DNA from: Enoplolaimus lenunculus
Lineage: Eukaryota
DNA length: 64,000 bases
NCBI GenBank assembly: GCA_030248215.1
Contig: JASANG010000424.1
Span: 186,001 to 250,000, forward strand
Direction of reading: 5' to 3'
The number at the start of each line of letters is the position of its first letter. Position 1 is the stretch's first letter. The position numbers and the translations under genes were made by a program. The notes beneath the pieces were generated by a model. The model was not told where the DNA came from and searched no databases. It saw only the letters and a list, made by a program, of their open reading frames with translations. Below are positions 50,540-63,051 of the stretch, in pieces.

Positions 50540-51201
50540 TCCGATTGCGCAGGGCGGAGCGCATCACGAAGCCAGCTTTCGCCGGCAGAATTTTATTTAC
50601 TTCGGTGTCATTTGAAAAAAATGACTTCTTCAAAGGCGCTCTGTTCACATTTACTATTACCAACTTCACATACCAATCTCTGAATTCGCCACGGACTTAC
50701 AGAGATGGAACTATGGACTCAGGTGCCCTCAGATTTGTGTGGCTTTTGGAAGCAATCGTGTCCTTTAACATACATCTCAAATCTTTTCAATATCGAGAGC
50801 AGAAACTTGTTACAATGAATACGTCATCTGCTGCATACACATAGCCTAGGCCCACGTTACTTTAAGGGGCGTCCAGGTTTCCAGAGGGTCTATGAAAGAG
50901 GAAGTTTAGATTCTAGATTACATTTTTTGCTTAGGCTTAGGCTTAGGAACACATTTTTGCAACGCTTAGGCTTATAAATACGCTTAATCTACTGTTACGC
51001 CCCAAAAAGTAACATTGCCCCCTTAACCTTTAAACAGCCTATACTGCAATATAAGAGGTTTCATTGTTTTTATATTTAATTGTTGAGTTACGAGGCCCAT
51101 GTAAAGATCAGCGGCGGAGAGTTTTTTCTGTGGAACTAGAAAAGAGTAAGCTTTGAATTTTAATCTTAAACAAAAATGTCAACGATTAAACATTTAACTA
51201 T

Positions 51202-54200
51202 TTACAGTTTCATCGCGTACACTGCAATTTTCACGGTAACATAGCTTAGTATTGCAGCGAGTAGTGCAAAAAATGCAATTACATCTAAACAATGATACTG
51301 AATAAAATTAAGATGCGACGGTAGAACGCATAGCCGGGTGAACTGGTGAGAATGACGATGAGCACTTTCGACGATATGAATTAACGATTGTGCTGGAGAT
51401 ATGGCAACATCGGCAATCATTGATGATACTCTTTTAGCACGAGCACGGCAACTGAAAACAACGAAAATTGCAATAAAAATAGTTTATACGCTCAAATTTC
51501 TAACCCTACCTCCTGGCTTGGATTAAACCGTGATATGCGTGGTACAATACGTACCCTATTCTGAAATCTGTCACAGGGAAATGAAATTCCGATCAGTGTA
51601 TCGAAGAAACCTCGGGCAAAATTTTTGAACGTTACCGTCGATTCAAGCCCAAGACGATTGTAACCTAAGCTTTTAGGGTCCGTATTTTCAAATGTGTTTA
51701 GCACCTATTGCCAGTTTACCATAGGTCTTGTATAACTTTCAAACCAGTGAAGGCTAAGGTTTAAGATTGATCACTTTTTTCGCATATGATTTGCTCTACT
51801 ACTGTACCAATTTTGAGGTCATCAATTGCAATAGTTTGTGAGTTACAACGCCTATTACTAACTGATATTAGTTGCTATACACATTTGAGTATATGGGCTT
51901 CGAAGTCTAAATCACTCTGTAAGCACAATCGTATCCAGCTCGCTTTGCCGAGGGGGCTAAAATTTTTGGAAGGATTTGATTTATATAAATGGATTTCAAA
52001 ACTTAGAAGCGAGGTTGAAACTTTTTTACGCTGTCAAACGTATTTTATACGAGTGGCTGAGTCCTTTACTGGGCCTCTGAATTGGATATGGGCCTGTGAC
52101 ATAAGCCAACGACTGTATACGGTTCCAGCCGTTCCTGATTTGAATTTAAAATTTCAATTCTATCACAGGATCCGGAGGTGTGCCGTTACCTCTGGCACTT
52201 GAGTAAATAATCAATTTCAGCGACCAAATTTTGTCGTGTAATATTGAATTTTTCCACAGTCCTCGCAAATCCGAGTCGTTCGGCTCGTCGCGCATTGCCA
52301 AATTGATCCAAAAACAACGGGATTAACAAGATTGGGACCCCGGCGTCTGCGGATTCTAACAAACTGTTGTACCCACCGTGGGTAATGAATAGCGAAATGT
52401 TAGGATGCCCTGAAATCACCATGACGTTCCTAAATGAGCTAACAGACAAGCTCTATTTTTTAATCTTGTGACTTCAAATTGTTCCAGTTGGTAACTGCGC
52501 CGTCCCAAACGCTGATTGCTGTTCAGGGCAACCACAACAACGACAACCACTTGACAGCCAATAAAATTAATTTGACAATGGTGCTAAATACAAACCTAGT
52601 TTTTATTGCAGTGCCATTGGCTAAATTTTCGCCTTTGTTCCGATTTAAACGCTACTGTCATAGTTATTTTGAACAAAATAACTTGATTCGTCGCTGAAAT
52701 ACCAAAAAACGCTTTTAAAAACGCCATTTGATATTCGAACGCCGTTCAAAATAGCATTTTTTGACACGATTCTTTCTATCAAGAAGGGAGGATTTCACAA
52801 AGGGGGGCCACCGGGGCCCCCCCCCACACACCAGCGCACGTTGTATTTTTGACCTACCCCCCTTATTTGGGGGGGAGGGAACGTTGACCCAATATTTTGA
52901 ATTTTAGCTAAAGTCGCTCCGATTGTATTTTAACTCCTATGTTTACTATGTAGATTAAGTGGTGACTGCCCCCTCCCCCAAATAAGGGGGGGTCGAGCAA
53001 AAATGCAACGCGTGCTGGTACACTTTGTGCCATGCACTACCGCATCAGTTGCACACTCTTGTGCAGGTGGACATCATCCACTCTTGCTTCTATTAATGTG
53101 ATGAGACTTACTTAAGAGTTGCTTTTGCGGTAGCCATGTAAATTGTCGAACGTTAGCTAAATCGTCAGGCAATGAAAATATATTTGTAACTCTCCAAACA
53201 ACGCCATAACCTGGTGCAAATTCATGAAATGCACGGAAAAATGATTCCTAAACAAATATGAATATTTTACCGTTTTTATAAGCGATCAATGGGTATTTGG
53301 GGTTAGGCACCGGACAGAAACCGGCCGGCCGGCCAGTAATTGCTTATCTCAGAAAAAGCTAACAACATTGTGACATTATTAATTTAATTATTTTAATGTT
53401 AATATTTAGATTTCGATTCTAAAACTTTTAGCTGAAATACGAAATGTTGCCTATACTGTTATCATTCAGGTTAATGTTAAGATTGAATCACGGTTTCAAA
53501 CTAGTTTGGTTGCCGTTGTAAAGGTTATGGTAAGTGTAATAGGATACAATCGTCTCAGATTTTCTCACAAATCTAGAAGAATTTTGAAAAGTAATAATTT
53601 TTTAGTTAAGGTTCAACATAAATAAATTTGGTTTAGATTTTAGCTTTGTTCGTTTTTGATAGCTACGGATTGTGCCTACAGTTTCAGATTTCACAATGGT
53701 TCAGGAATCCTTGCCGCAAAATGTCAGAAATATATAAGTTTCATGTAAATAGAGCCACAGGCAAAATTCTTAGATGTAAGTAAGCCGGACATATTTAACT
53801 AAATTGCCAAGCTCAAACGGACCGAGTTAACAGAGAAACCCCTGCTTATATCCTTGTTTATTGTATATAAATAAAGGCTACCGACCCTCTCTAAACCCTT
53901 GAATTTCACGGGACCCTAAGCAGGATGGGGGGCGTCGCCCCTAAGCCCCCTGCACTAAGCGATTCTCACACTAAAAGCACCAAAAACATAGTTATATATT
54001 TTATTAGAAATTTTAGCTGTTTAAGTAAGAGAATTAAAATCCCGAACGAAGGGAAGTTTACACGGGAAATCCTCCTGACTACGTCCCTGTTTATCGGCAA
54101 TAATTTGATGGATGTTGTGGTATACAAAAATATTTAGCAACGATGATGTAAACTGTCTTCTATCAAAGCTTATGTGATTCTACAGTGGTGCACCCGAGCT

Positions 54201-57200
54201 GAAAAATACCGTAGCCAGTTGTTTGCGAAATCACGGCAATTTTACCCTCAAAATAGTAATCAATAGTTTAAATGAAACACATCAAACGAATAACTTTTGC
54301 AAAAACAGACAAAATTTTATTAGCGTAGTGGCCGGAACCTCCGGCAGAAATGGTACCGGAGCCAAACGCAGATCTCTGGTTGTACCCTGGATACTACTGA
54401 ACTTTTACTTTAGTTAACGTATATTTCACGAGGTCGTTTCTTGTTGAATTACTGAGCCTAAATCGATTGGAATAAGCTTCTAAACCAGCGATATATTCCA
54501 TTATATAATTGCGTTAAAATTTTTTAAAAATTTGTATATTCACACGCCAGCAGGCCCTGTTTGAGTTTCTAGATAAAAAAACAAAATATTGTTCAAATTT
54601 GTGCGTGTAATTTTGAAAATTTAAATTAAAGGCTGTGGTTATATTTCCTCGAAGAAACTGTTTTAACCATTCACGGATACTTAACGTCAAACACCAGCTA
54701 GTGAGTAAACAGTGCTTGACTGTAGGGAAATTTCAACTCTGATCTGGCTTTGCTATATTACAAAACAAGCTTACTCGCATTGCAGTCGGCATAACACTTG
54801 TGTTGCACTGCGTACCGAAAGAAAATAGTATGAAACCTTTCGGAAAACGACCAATAAACGCTTGAAGGTCCTAAAAATGGCACTTGTATAGAACAGGTCC
54901 GGAACGTGTTCCTGCTGCACTGTAATAGAGTAAGCTCAAGCTTTAGGCTATTTTTTGTGCAGGCTTTGACTTAGCCTAGGCTTAGGCTTAGGAATATGCT
55001 TATACTAGCGTTCCGGCCCTGTTCTATATATTGGCCCTGAAAATTATAAAACATTGTGTCAGATTTATCAGAAACTATCCATAGCCCATTTGGCATATAA
55101 TTTTAGTCGGAACTAGATTCATATCTATATATTAAAGGTGTGACTCCTGAACATACGTATTTTGGGCAACCTTCCAACAGAGTTTGGTATACGGTACGAA
55201 TGCAAATTAAGCCTGTATGCATTGAGAATAACTATCGTGTCGGATGTGTCTATGTATCGGCAAGGCACTGCAGCTTTTCAAAGAGCAGCGTTTTAATTTT
55301 GTCACTTAATATGAAGGGACCAGGCAAAATTTTAGCCTAGGGCCGGAGAAGCTTAAGTCCATTTGCACATGTGTGCAACTACGTGTACTATTGAATAAAT
55401 ATGTTCAAAATTAGTGCATACAGATAGGGTATAAACGAATAGCAAAAATAACGGAAACGGAAACAGAAAACGGATCTTGAAGTATAAATGTTTCAAAAAC
55501 GTTTTATTTTTCTGCCATTACAATTGAGACGTGCAAATATTCACCGGTATTTCAAAATTTTACTGAAAACACGGCGGCTGCCCAGAAATTTTTAAGATTT
55601 TGAATGAATTTCGTAATGTTTATTTCACTTCAAACAAATGCAGCATATCGGTAAACCAAAACATGCGAGGTATATACGTGATTTACAACTAATTTTGAAC
55701 GTAAAAAATAACAAAATTTCCATTATTTCTATATACAACGGAAACGGAAACGGAAACCGACATTTACTGCAAACCGAAACGGGAATCCGGTTACCCTCCG
55801 GCATTCAGATATTTAGCAAGTTTTCGATAGGGGAATTCGAAGAATTAAATCAGGTTTTGAGCAAACGAGTTTTTTTTAGATTTTTTCCGCAACCAAATGT
55901 GTATAATTGTCAAGGAAATCTTCTTGAGCAAAATTTTTGCAATTGATTTGGTCGATCATTCCGTAACCTTTGCCAGGTCCGCCGATACCGAAGATCGCTA
56001 GTTTATAAATTCTAGGTGCTACACACATATGCGGGCACGTGCATAGAACAGGACCGGATCGTTTTCTGGAGGCGCTATAATAGAGTCAGTTTAAGCTTTA
56101 GAGTAATTTTTTGCTTAGGCTTAGGCTTACGCTTAGGCTTAGGAATAGGCTAATCCATACGCTTAGGCTTAGGCGTAGGCTTAGGAATAGGCTCATCCAT
56201 ACGCGTAGGCTTAGGCTTAGGCTTAAGCTTAGGTTTAGGAATATGCTTATACTACTGTTCCGGCCCGGTTCTATACATGGGACCATATGAGAATGCTATT
56301 TGTTTTACCTCGGGCAGCCGATCTCGTTCATCACTAGGGAAGTTGTTTCTGATCGGCCCCCTCTTGCCGGTATTATCCAATACCCCCAAATATTGAATTT
56401 TATGAAACAACGGACGTGGGAAATCAATTATTCCAACACCGTTCAAAGTCAAAGGCCACGTACGTTTCGCCTGTTGCATATAATCGGCTTTTATTGTCGA
56501 GTTGAATTTTTGAACCAACTTAAATTGCTCTTTCAGTTGACTTGAAGGTTTATACGTATGCCAGTAGATGACAGCCATATGGAGTGAATGCTGAATACGG
56601 TCTACAAATGTCATACGATCTGTAAACCACGTAAGCGGATCCGGAACGTAGGATAGAGCCAGAGGAACATCTAAGGCGTCCGCCATGAAATTCAACATAT
56701 AAGTCCCGCTGGCGGTCCAAACTACTTTTGCTCCGAGCATATGAGCTAAGTTTAGGGCGCAGAGTTCGAACGTGTGAATTAGTGCGACGTCGAGATGCGA
56801 GTCTCGCAGACGTTGTATCAGGTGGCGATGAATCGTGTCTTCTGATGCGTATTGAGATCTTGAGTTGGTATCTATAAGTAAGTCGGCTCATGTATAGAAC
56901 AGGGCCGGAACAATAGTATAAGCATATTATTAAGCCTAAGCCTAAGCCTAAGTCTTAAGAGGGGGAGGGACTGATATTTATTTGGCCTCTCTAGAGGGTA
57001 CCCCCCTTGTTATTCGATCACGGACTGTTATTTATTTTTAGCCCACGCTCCGCCGCCCTTCCTTACTGATATATATCCGGTACCGCAATTATCCGTTGAA
57101 TCAAACGTTTATTTGTCTTGGGTCGATAGCGTGAGCGGTAATACAAGGTTATACTTATGAATGTACTTTCAAAATTTAGGTACGCTTTAAAGTTTCGAAC

Positions 57201-60200
57201 TCTAATTAATTGATCTTGGAGTCATTTTTGCGCTACAATTAGGGCTGTGACATTTGTGGACTCTAAGTAAGGTTTAGGGACTCTATCCGCTTACGGACTC
57301 TTATTAGGAATACACACTGCTATTGATTTGGACTCAAAATGGGGATCCCCCTCTTATTACCCACCTCTTATTCGGGTCAATACACTATGGATGAGCCTAT
57401 TCCTAAGCCTAAGCCTAAGCTTTAGCCTAAGCAAAAAATTAGTCTAAGCTTTCGGTGGCAATTTTCTTGTGACTGTCTGTTCCCTTGCCAATGTCCTTCA
57501 GCTTATCGATAGCCGAGTTCAAGTGGGTATCTGTGTTCTTATGAGTGTCTGTATTCTTGTGAGTGTCTGAGTGCTTGTGAGTGTCTGTGTTCTTGTGAGT
57601 GTCTGTGTTCTTTTGAGTGCCCAAGTATGTTCTCGTGTTTGTCTGCGCTCTTCTGAGTGTCTGTATCCTTGTATGCGTCTGTGTTCCCTCTGAACGTCCC
57701 TTGACTTATTACCGTCCGCATCCGCGTGAGCGCCCGCATCCGTGTGAGCGTCCGCATCTCGCGTTTCGTATATCCGGCACGCTCGCATATTTATAATCTT
57801 GTACGTTGGAATCGCCTCGTAGACTTTTTGCGTTCTCGTCGGCGAAAATGCCCAATCACGCATAACACTCGGAAGCCGATCGTTCTCACGCGGATCAGAC
57901 TCCAACAAATAGTCGAGTTGTGTCACGTTACATCCAGACTCCAACTGTCCTATAAATCACCACAAGATTCCCACCTGGGTAGAAACCGACCCGGTTGTCA
58001 GGGCCCGGACCGATGCACTCGGCCCGACTCCAGCCCGCTTGTGTCCCCGGGCACCGCGAATTCTATATAGGTTTCTAGCCGAAAACAAAACATAAAACAA
58101 AACATCTAAATACAAAACCATTTTAATATTTCACCAAATATTGTTCAGAACAGCGTTCTTCTGAGCCACAAGAGTTCCAACAAGACAGAGAAAAGGCTGC
58201 AAGTCCCGGTTACTACGTTACCACCTTCACTAAAATGTCGCTCAGGTTCAGCCGTACGCTGCAAAAATTGGGGAGTCAAATGGACTCTCTCGGGAACAGG
58301 CTTGTCGTGACTACGCAGACTGAGTCAAATTTGGCTCAGCCAGAGTCAAATTCGATTCACTGTTGACGCTGGCGGAGTCAAATTTGACTCAGTTTGTGTA
58401 GTCAGGAAAAGCCTGTTCCCGAGAGAGTCCATATTGACTCCCCATTTTTTACAGTATAAATAGCTTGTATACCCAAGTACTTGTCTAGTGAACTCGGATA
58501 ACAATAGAAGTAGCTTTGTGTTTTCACGCCAGTAATTAACGGATTTCTTGAAGCAGCCACAAACGTCTAACAGTTCAAGATTCTAGATAACTAGCAAGCT
58601 GGCTTATAAGTACAGTGGACTGCCAAACTTTTTTAACATCCGTAAAGGTTCAAATGATTTCGATTTAGGAAAGCATAAAGGCCTCCTTCGAAATTTTTGC
58701 AGAATGTAACGCCGACCGACCTCGTTCCGGTCCCGCGGGCTTTGGCGCGGGCCGGTTCCAACACTGATTCACAGCCTTGGTAGGTTTCAGTGGCACACGC
58801 AGACACATATATATATAATTATGCACCATTAAGGTTATACTGCACACGCCTATTTTGAAGAATGTCCGACCATTTTAATAGGGTCCAAAATTTTAGCCAG
58901 CTATAAAAACGACATACACAAGCAAACGTGCAAAAATAATGTGTAATGAAACATCACCATTTTAAAATAAAACGCAAATTTTGAGGTCAATCTTTAGAAA
59001 CTGTAGGGTTCAAAATTTCTTAGATTGTAAAATTTTGGCGCCAAAATTTAAATAAATTTATGTCAAAAAATTGTTGACCGGAAAATTTAAAATTGGGCGG
59101 AAAAATTCGAATTGTGGCACGAGCATAGACACTGCCAAAATACCTTGCCATTATTCGCATATGTAATAATAAACATGCAAAAACTGCGTACTGGCAAAAT
59201 CATGTGCAAATAAATATTTAGTGCAAGAAATAGCTGTAATTTTACCGCTACTTTTCAATAATAACATGGACATTTTTGACACTGGCGTGCGCAATATATG
59301 TGGATAGTACATTATAAACATCAGTAACAAAACAATGTATTAACTAGGCTGCTCAGGTGGCTATGGTTATTGAGTTTTGCTATTAACCCCTTCTCACATT
59401 GAGTTGCCTATAGACAACTCAGCGCTGTGGATATACGTTAAATATTATATATCGCATCGTGTTTAACAATTGCAACACGTATACATAGTACTAAATCACC
59501 ACAAGACGTGAGAGCCCCCTCGGGCTCGACCGTCAAGCTCCTATAGCCGAGTGGTGATGGTATACGCCTCCCACTCCAGTCACTGGATATAAGGTTGGGA
59601 CCCTGCACCTAAGCATAAGCCACCTATCCTTGGCGATCCCAATCTTATAGCAGTACGATGATAACTTGCAGAGTGAGCCTTGTTGCGTTGGTCCAGTCGT
59701 GTTCGGGATAGGATTTCCGTGCCCAGGTCTGGAATACACTTGCATTCATAATCCTAGTCCGTCATCACCGGACCCATTAGTCGCCCAACTTTTAACTGGC
59801 AGTAAGCCGGCCAGCCGAACTACGGCTGGACTAAACCGCCACATGGGTCGGGGCTAGGAGACTCATATCCTCGCGCTTTCCTGCCCCAGGTTAAAACTTC
59901 TGACCACCGTGGCGGGCAATTCCCCGGTGGGCAGGCAAAATTCGGAGCGCGGGGAAAAATAAATTCTTGGTAAAAAGGATCTGGTCAAAAAGGAAAAAGA
60001 AAAACGGGGACCCGCACCGCCCATTTTAGGGCTGTAGAGATTTTACGTACACAGATCAATCAAAAGTCACTGGATCCAAAAATAACCGGAAAAGGAAAAA
60101 GAAAAAGAAAAGAAAAAAGCCTTCCCCAGTCCGGACAATAACAACAAAGCTCAACCTAAGCTAACTTAGCCCGGTACCAAGGTCACTTAGGTTAAGTATA

Positions 60201-61489
60201 ACAAAAACAGACTCTGACCAGCAGAGTTTCGGAGCTCCTTTATAACAAACAACAAATCCAAACAACAAAAAAAAACACTCGTTTAGGTTTATTTGCGATA
60301 AAACTATATCCTCAGTATTATAAAAATTACAATTCGGACAGCTAAGTATCACGGCTGCGGACCCCGGCGACAGTGCTGGCCACCGGATTCCACACCAATG
60401 TAAGAGAATTAGCGTAAATTTTCTGTAGCCGACTTCTGCTCTCGAAGCCGGCCACGTTTGCTGAAAGCGGAAAGCGAACCAAACAAAAAGCCAAAACTAT
60501 ATAAGAATACAAGCTGTCCAAGCAAGGCATCAGTCGAAAAGTTTGTCGTACAGCAAAACGTCGTAATGATGAACTGAATGCCTAAAATGTTAAATCGGCA
60601 GCAGCTTTTATACCCTGCCGGTTGGCTAAATTGAATTTGCATAATCGGAAGCTTATTTGCATAAGCTTCCGGAAATTTTTCAAAATTTCACAAAAGTTTC
60701 CGAAAGCCAGTTACGGCCTGCGTAGGCGCATCAACGACAAGAAATGCAACAACTATAAGTACAAAACAACAACATCAAAATATTGCAAAGCCAACCCGAA
60801 AACAAAGAACAGGCGCGCATAATATGCGAACGCCGAGGGGGGTAGGTGACCAACAAATCGCATTTGAGCTTAGGTGAACGTAGGTCAAACATCGGTGAGG
60901 TTTCTTGATTTACGCACTTGCAAGCTGCTCAGCATGAGTAAAAATTTCAGCCGCTGCATGAGCCCGAGGATCGCCTGACCCCGTGCCACTCGCTAGCGCC
61001 CACGGGGTAGACGTCCCCTCAGCGAATGAAATAACAAGTGTTTGCGGCTTTGGCCCTGAGCGGAAACGCTCCGCGATTACTGGGCAAATGTTTTATTAAA
61101 AATTTCAAATTTCAAGAGCGCGCACCCTGGGACATCCTTACACTGAAGTTCGAATCCTAGCATAAAAGTAGGTCTCAGATGAAATAGAAAATATTCATGT
61201 GAGAAAGGGTTAATACTATAGCTGAAGCTAACAGCGTTGCGGCACACATTTGAGAATAGGCCTTTAGATTTATAAGCTTACCAATAGGGCCAACAAATAA
61301 ATAATTCAGAATTGTAACATTATGACCGTGGTCAGCTAGAATACACGCCATTCTTGCGTGATAAATATATATGCTTTTTGTCACCACTGGAACTACAACC
61401 AAAATGTTCAAAGCGGAACCGGAACTCGATAATATTGCGATTATACTAAGTATTAAGGATTTATGTTGTTGATTATGTATTGGGGACAT
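51202..61489 (-). CDS. UDP-glucuronosyl/UDP-glycosyltransferase (GT1, UGT), 7 exons, ~569 aa
   Basis: Minus-strand exons 61489-61282, 57949-57713, 56871-56309, 54870-54775, 53247-53112, 52409-52190, 51451-51202 in phase. Signal peptide then NILVV..LADHGHNVT; SYVP..TDRMTFVDR; DFPRP; ILFSFGT; signature [55 protein letters not shown] followed by a C-terminal TM helix. Confidence 0.9.
52830..53019. mobile_element. MITE with ~50-bp GC-rich TIRs in UGT intron 5
   Basis: accagcgcacgttgtatttttg..ccccccttatttggggggagggg mirrors cccctcccccaaataagggggg..caaaaatgcaacgcgtgctggt. Confidence 0.8.
54879..55036. mobile_element. Family A MITE inserted into the acceptor of UGT exon 4
   Basis: Flanks ctaaaaat (54871-54878) and ctgaaaat (55037-55044); TIR-like ggcacttgtatagaacagg / cctgttctatatattggcc. 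Confidence 0.8.
56034..56283. mobile_element. Family A MITE
   Basis: Flanks catatgcg/catatgag; internal (ttaggc)n. Confidence 0.8.
56885..57450. mobile_element. Right-truncated family A MITE with nested family B copy (56956-57385)
   Basis: ggctcatgtatagaacagggccggaac left end, then (cctaag)n interrupted by B sequence ending cttattcgggtcaatacac|ta, then A sequence resumes. Confidence 0.75.
59387..61209. mobile_element. piggyBac-type MITE (family F) split by a solo LTR
   Basis: TTAA|CCCCTTCTCACAT ... ATGTGAGAAAGGG|TTAA; both halves match the 18459-18720 copy in reverse orientation. Confidence 0.8.
59588..61142. mobile_element. Probable solo LTR (~1.55 kb)
   Basis: Termini TATAAGG (one change from TGTAAGG) ... 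CCTTACA; 5-bp flanks CTGGA/CTGAA; no coding capacity; removing it restores the host MITE. Confidence 0.65.
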
Positions 61490-61529
61490 TATGACTACTG
61501 AATTAGCTTAATTAATACATGTTTATATA

Positions 61530-62462
61530 CTGTAGTGACCCGAATAAGAGGGGGGCTATTTATTTGGCTTTTAAAGAAGGTAACATCCTAGATATCCGGT
61601 TAGGGACTGTTGTTTATTTTGAACCCACGCTCCGCCACCCATTGGTTTACTGACATATTCATTCATTCGGTGATGCTGCAATTATCCGTTGAATTAAACG
61701 GTTGTTGTCTTGTATTCAAATCTTGAGGGACAATGCAAGATTATACTTAAGAATGTACTTTTAAATCATATGTATACTTCAAAGCTTCGAACTCACAACT
61801 TTATTTGGTCCTGTAGTCACTAATGCACTGCAATTAGAGACAATCGACATTTACGGTCGCTTAGCGTTTAAGGAAGGGATACGGACTCCTATTCATTGGG
61901 ACTCAAAACGGGAACCGACTCTTATTATCCCCCTCTTATTAGGGTCACTACAGTATGTCATATTTCAAAGTATAAACCATTTCAGAAAAAGCAATCGACA
62001 AATAAAACACGCGCTGATGGATCCGGCCTATATTTGGCACATATAAAGCAAAAAATCTATATTTTAAGACTTGCATCGCAAAACAAAATATAGCCTACTG
62101 TAGTGACCCGAATATAAGGGGGCTGATATTTATTTGGCCTCTCCAGATGGTACCCCCTTGTTATTCGGTTACGGACTGTTTCCGTTAAATTAAACGTTTA
62201 TCTGTCTTGTGTCAATAGCTTGAGCGATAATACAATGTTATACTTAGGAATGTATTTCCCAAATTTAAGTACACTTTAAAGTTTCGAACTCAAATTGTTT
62301 GGTCCTGAAGTCATTTATACGCTACAATTAGGGTTAATTGACATTTATGGACTCCAGTTAGGGTTTAGGGACTCTATCCGCTTGCGGACTCTTATTAGGG
62401 ATACGGACTCCTATATTGATTCGGACTCAAAATGGGGACCCCTCTTCTTCGGGTCAATACAG
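61530..62462. mobile_element. Two family B MITEs (61530-61953, 62098-62462) immediately upstream of the UGT start codon
   Basis: TA|CTGTAGTGACCCGAATA ... GGGTCA(C/A)TACAG|TA for both. Confidence 0.85.
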
Positions 62463-63051
62463 TACCTCGGAATGACAACTACCCACGCACGTTCAAGGAA
62501 ACACAGCGACTACTGTATATACACTTCAAAAAATGGTGAGTCAAATTAACTGTTTCCAAAATATAAGTTGAATTTTGACTCAGTTTGTGTAGTCCGGAAA
62601 AGCCTATTTTGGAAGAGTCAATTTGACTCACCATTGTTTGCGGTGTGGTTAAACTTTTAGAAAACGTTTCGTTTGGCATTTGAAAGCATACGGCAAAGAA
62701 AACAAAATCACATTAACAATAGTTTTCAGTGATGGTTTCGAATCTTATCAGTATTTATTAATAATTTGAAGTGCACGTAACGACACAAACGCCGTAAATA
62801 CGACTACTATTCCAGTAGTCTTATCAGTTTTATACTACCACATCGTAAACAACGCGATATCAAAAATCGGTTGTAATTTTGTAAATAAATTTACGTTTGA
62901 AGCTTATACGATAGCAATCAGTGGCAGATCAAAGTGTCATGGAAAGGTGTAGCTGCCCACCGGCCCCGTCGTGCTAAAAATTTTGCGATTTAGTTTAAGC
63001 AGAGACTCAAGCTATGTTCTTTATGCGGGGTTCATGTGATGTTCACGTTAT

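Noticed and set aside
58130..58590. Extra UGT exons in intron 1
   Set aside because: Exon 1 joins the 57949 exon directly in phase; these segments have stops or no UGT similarity
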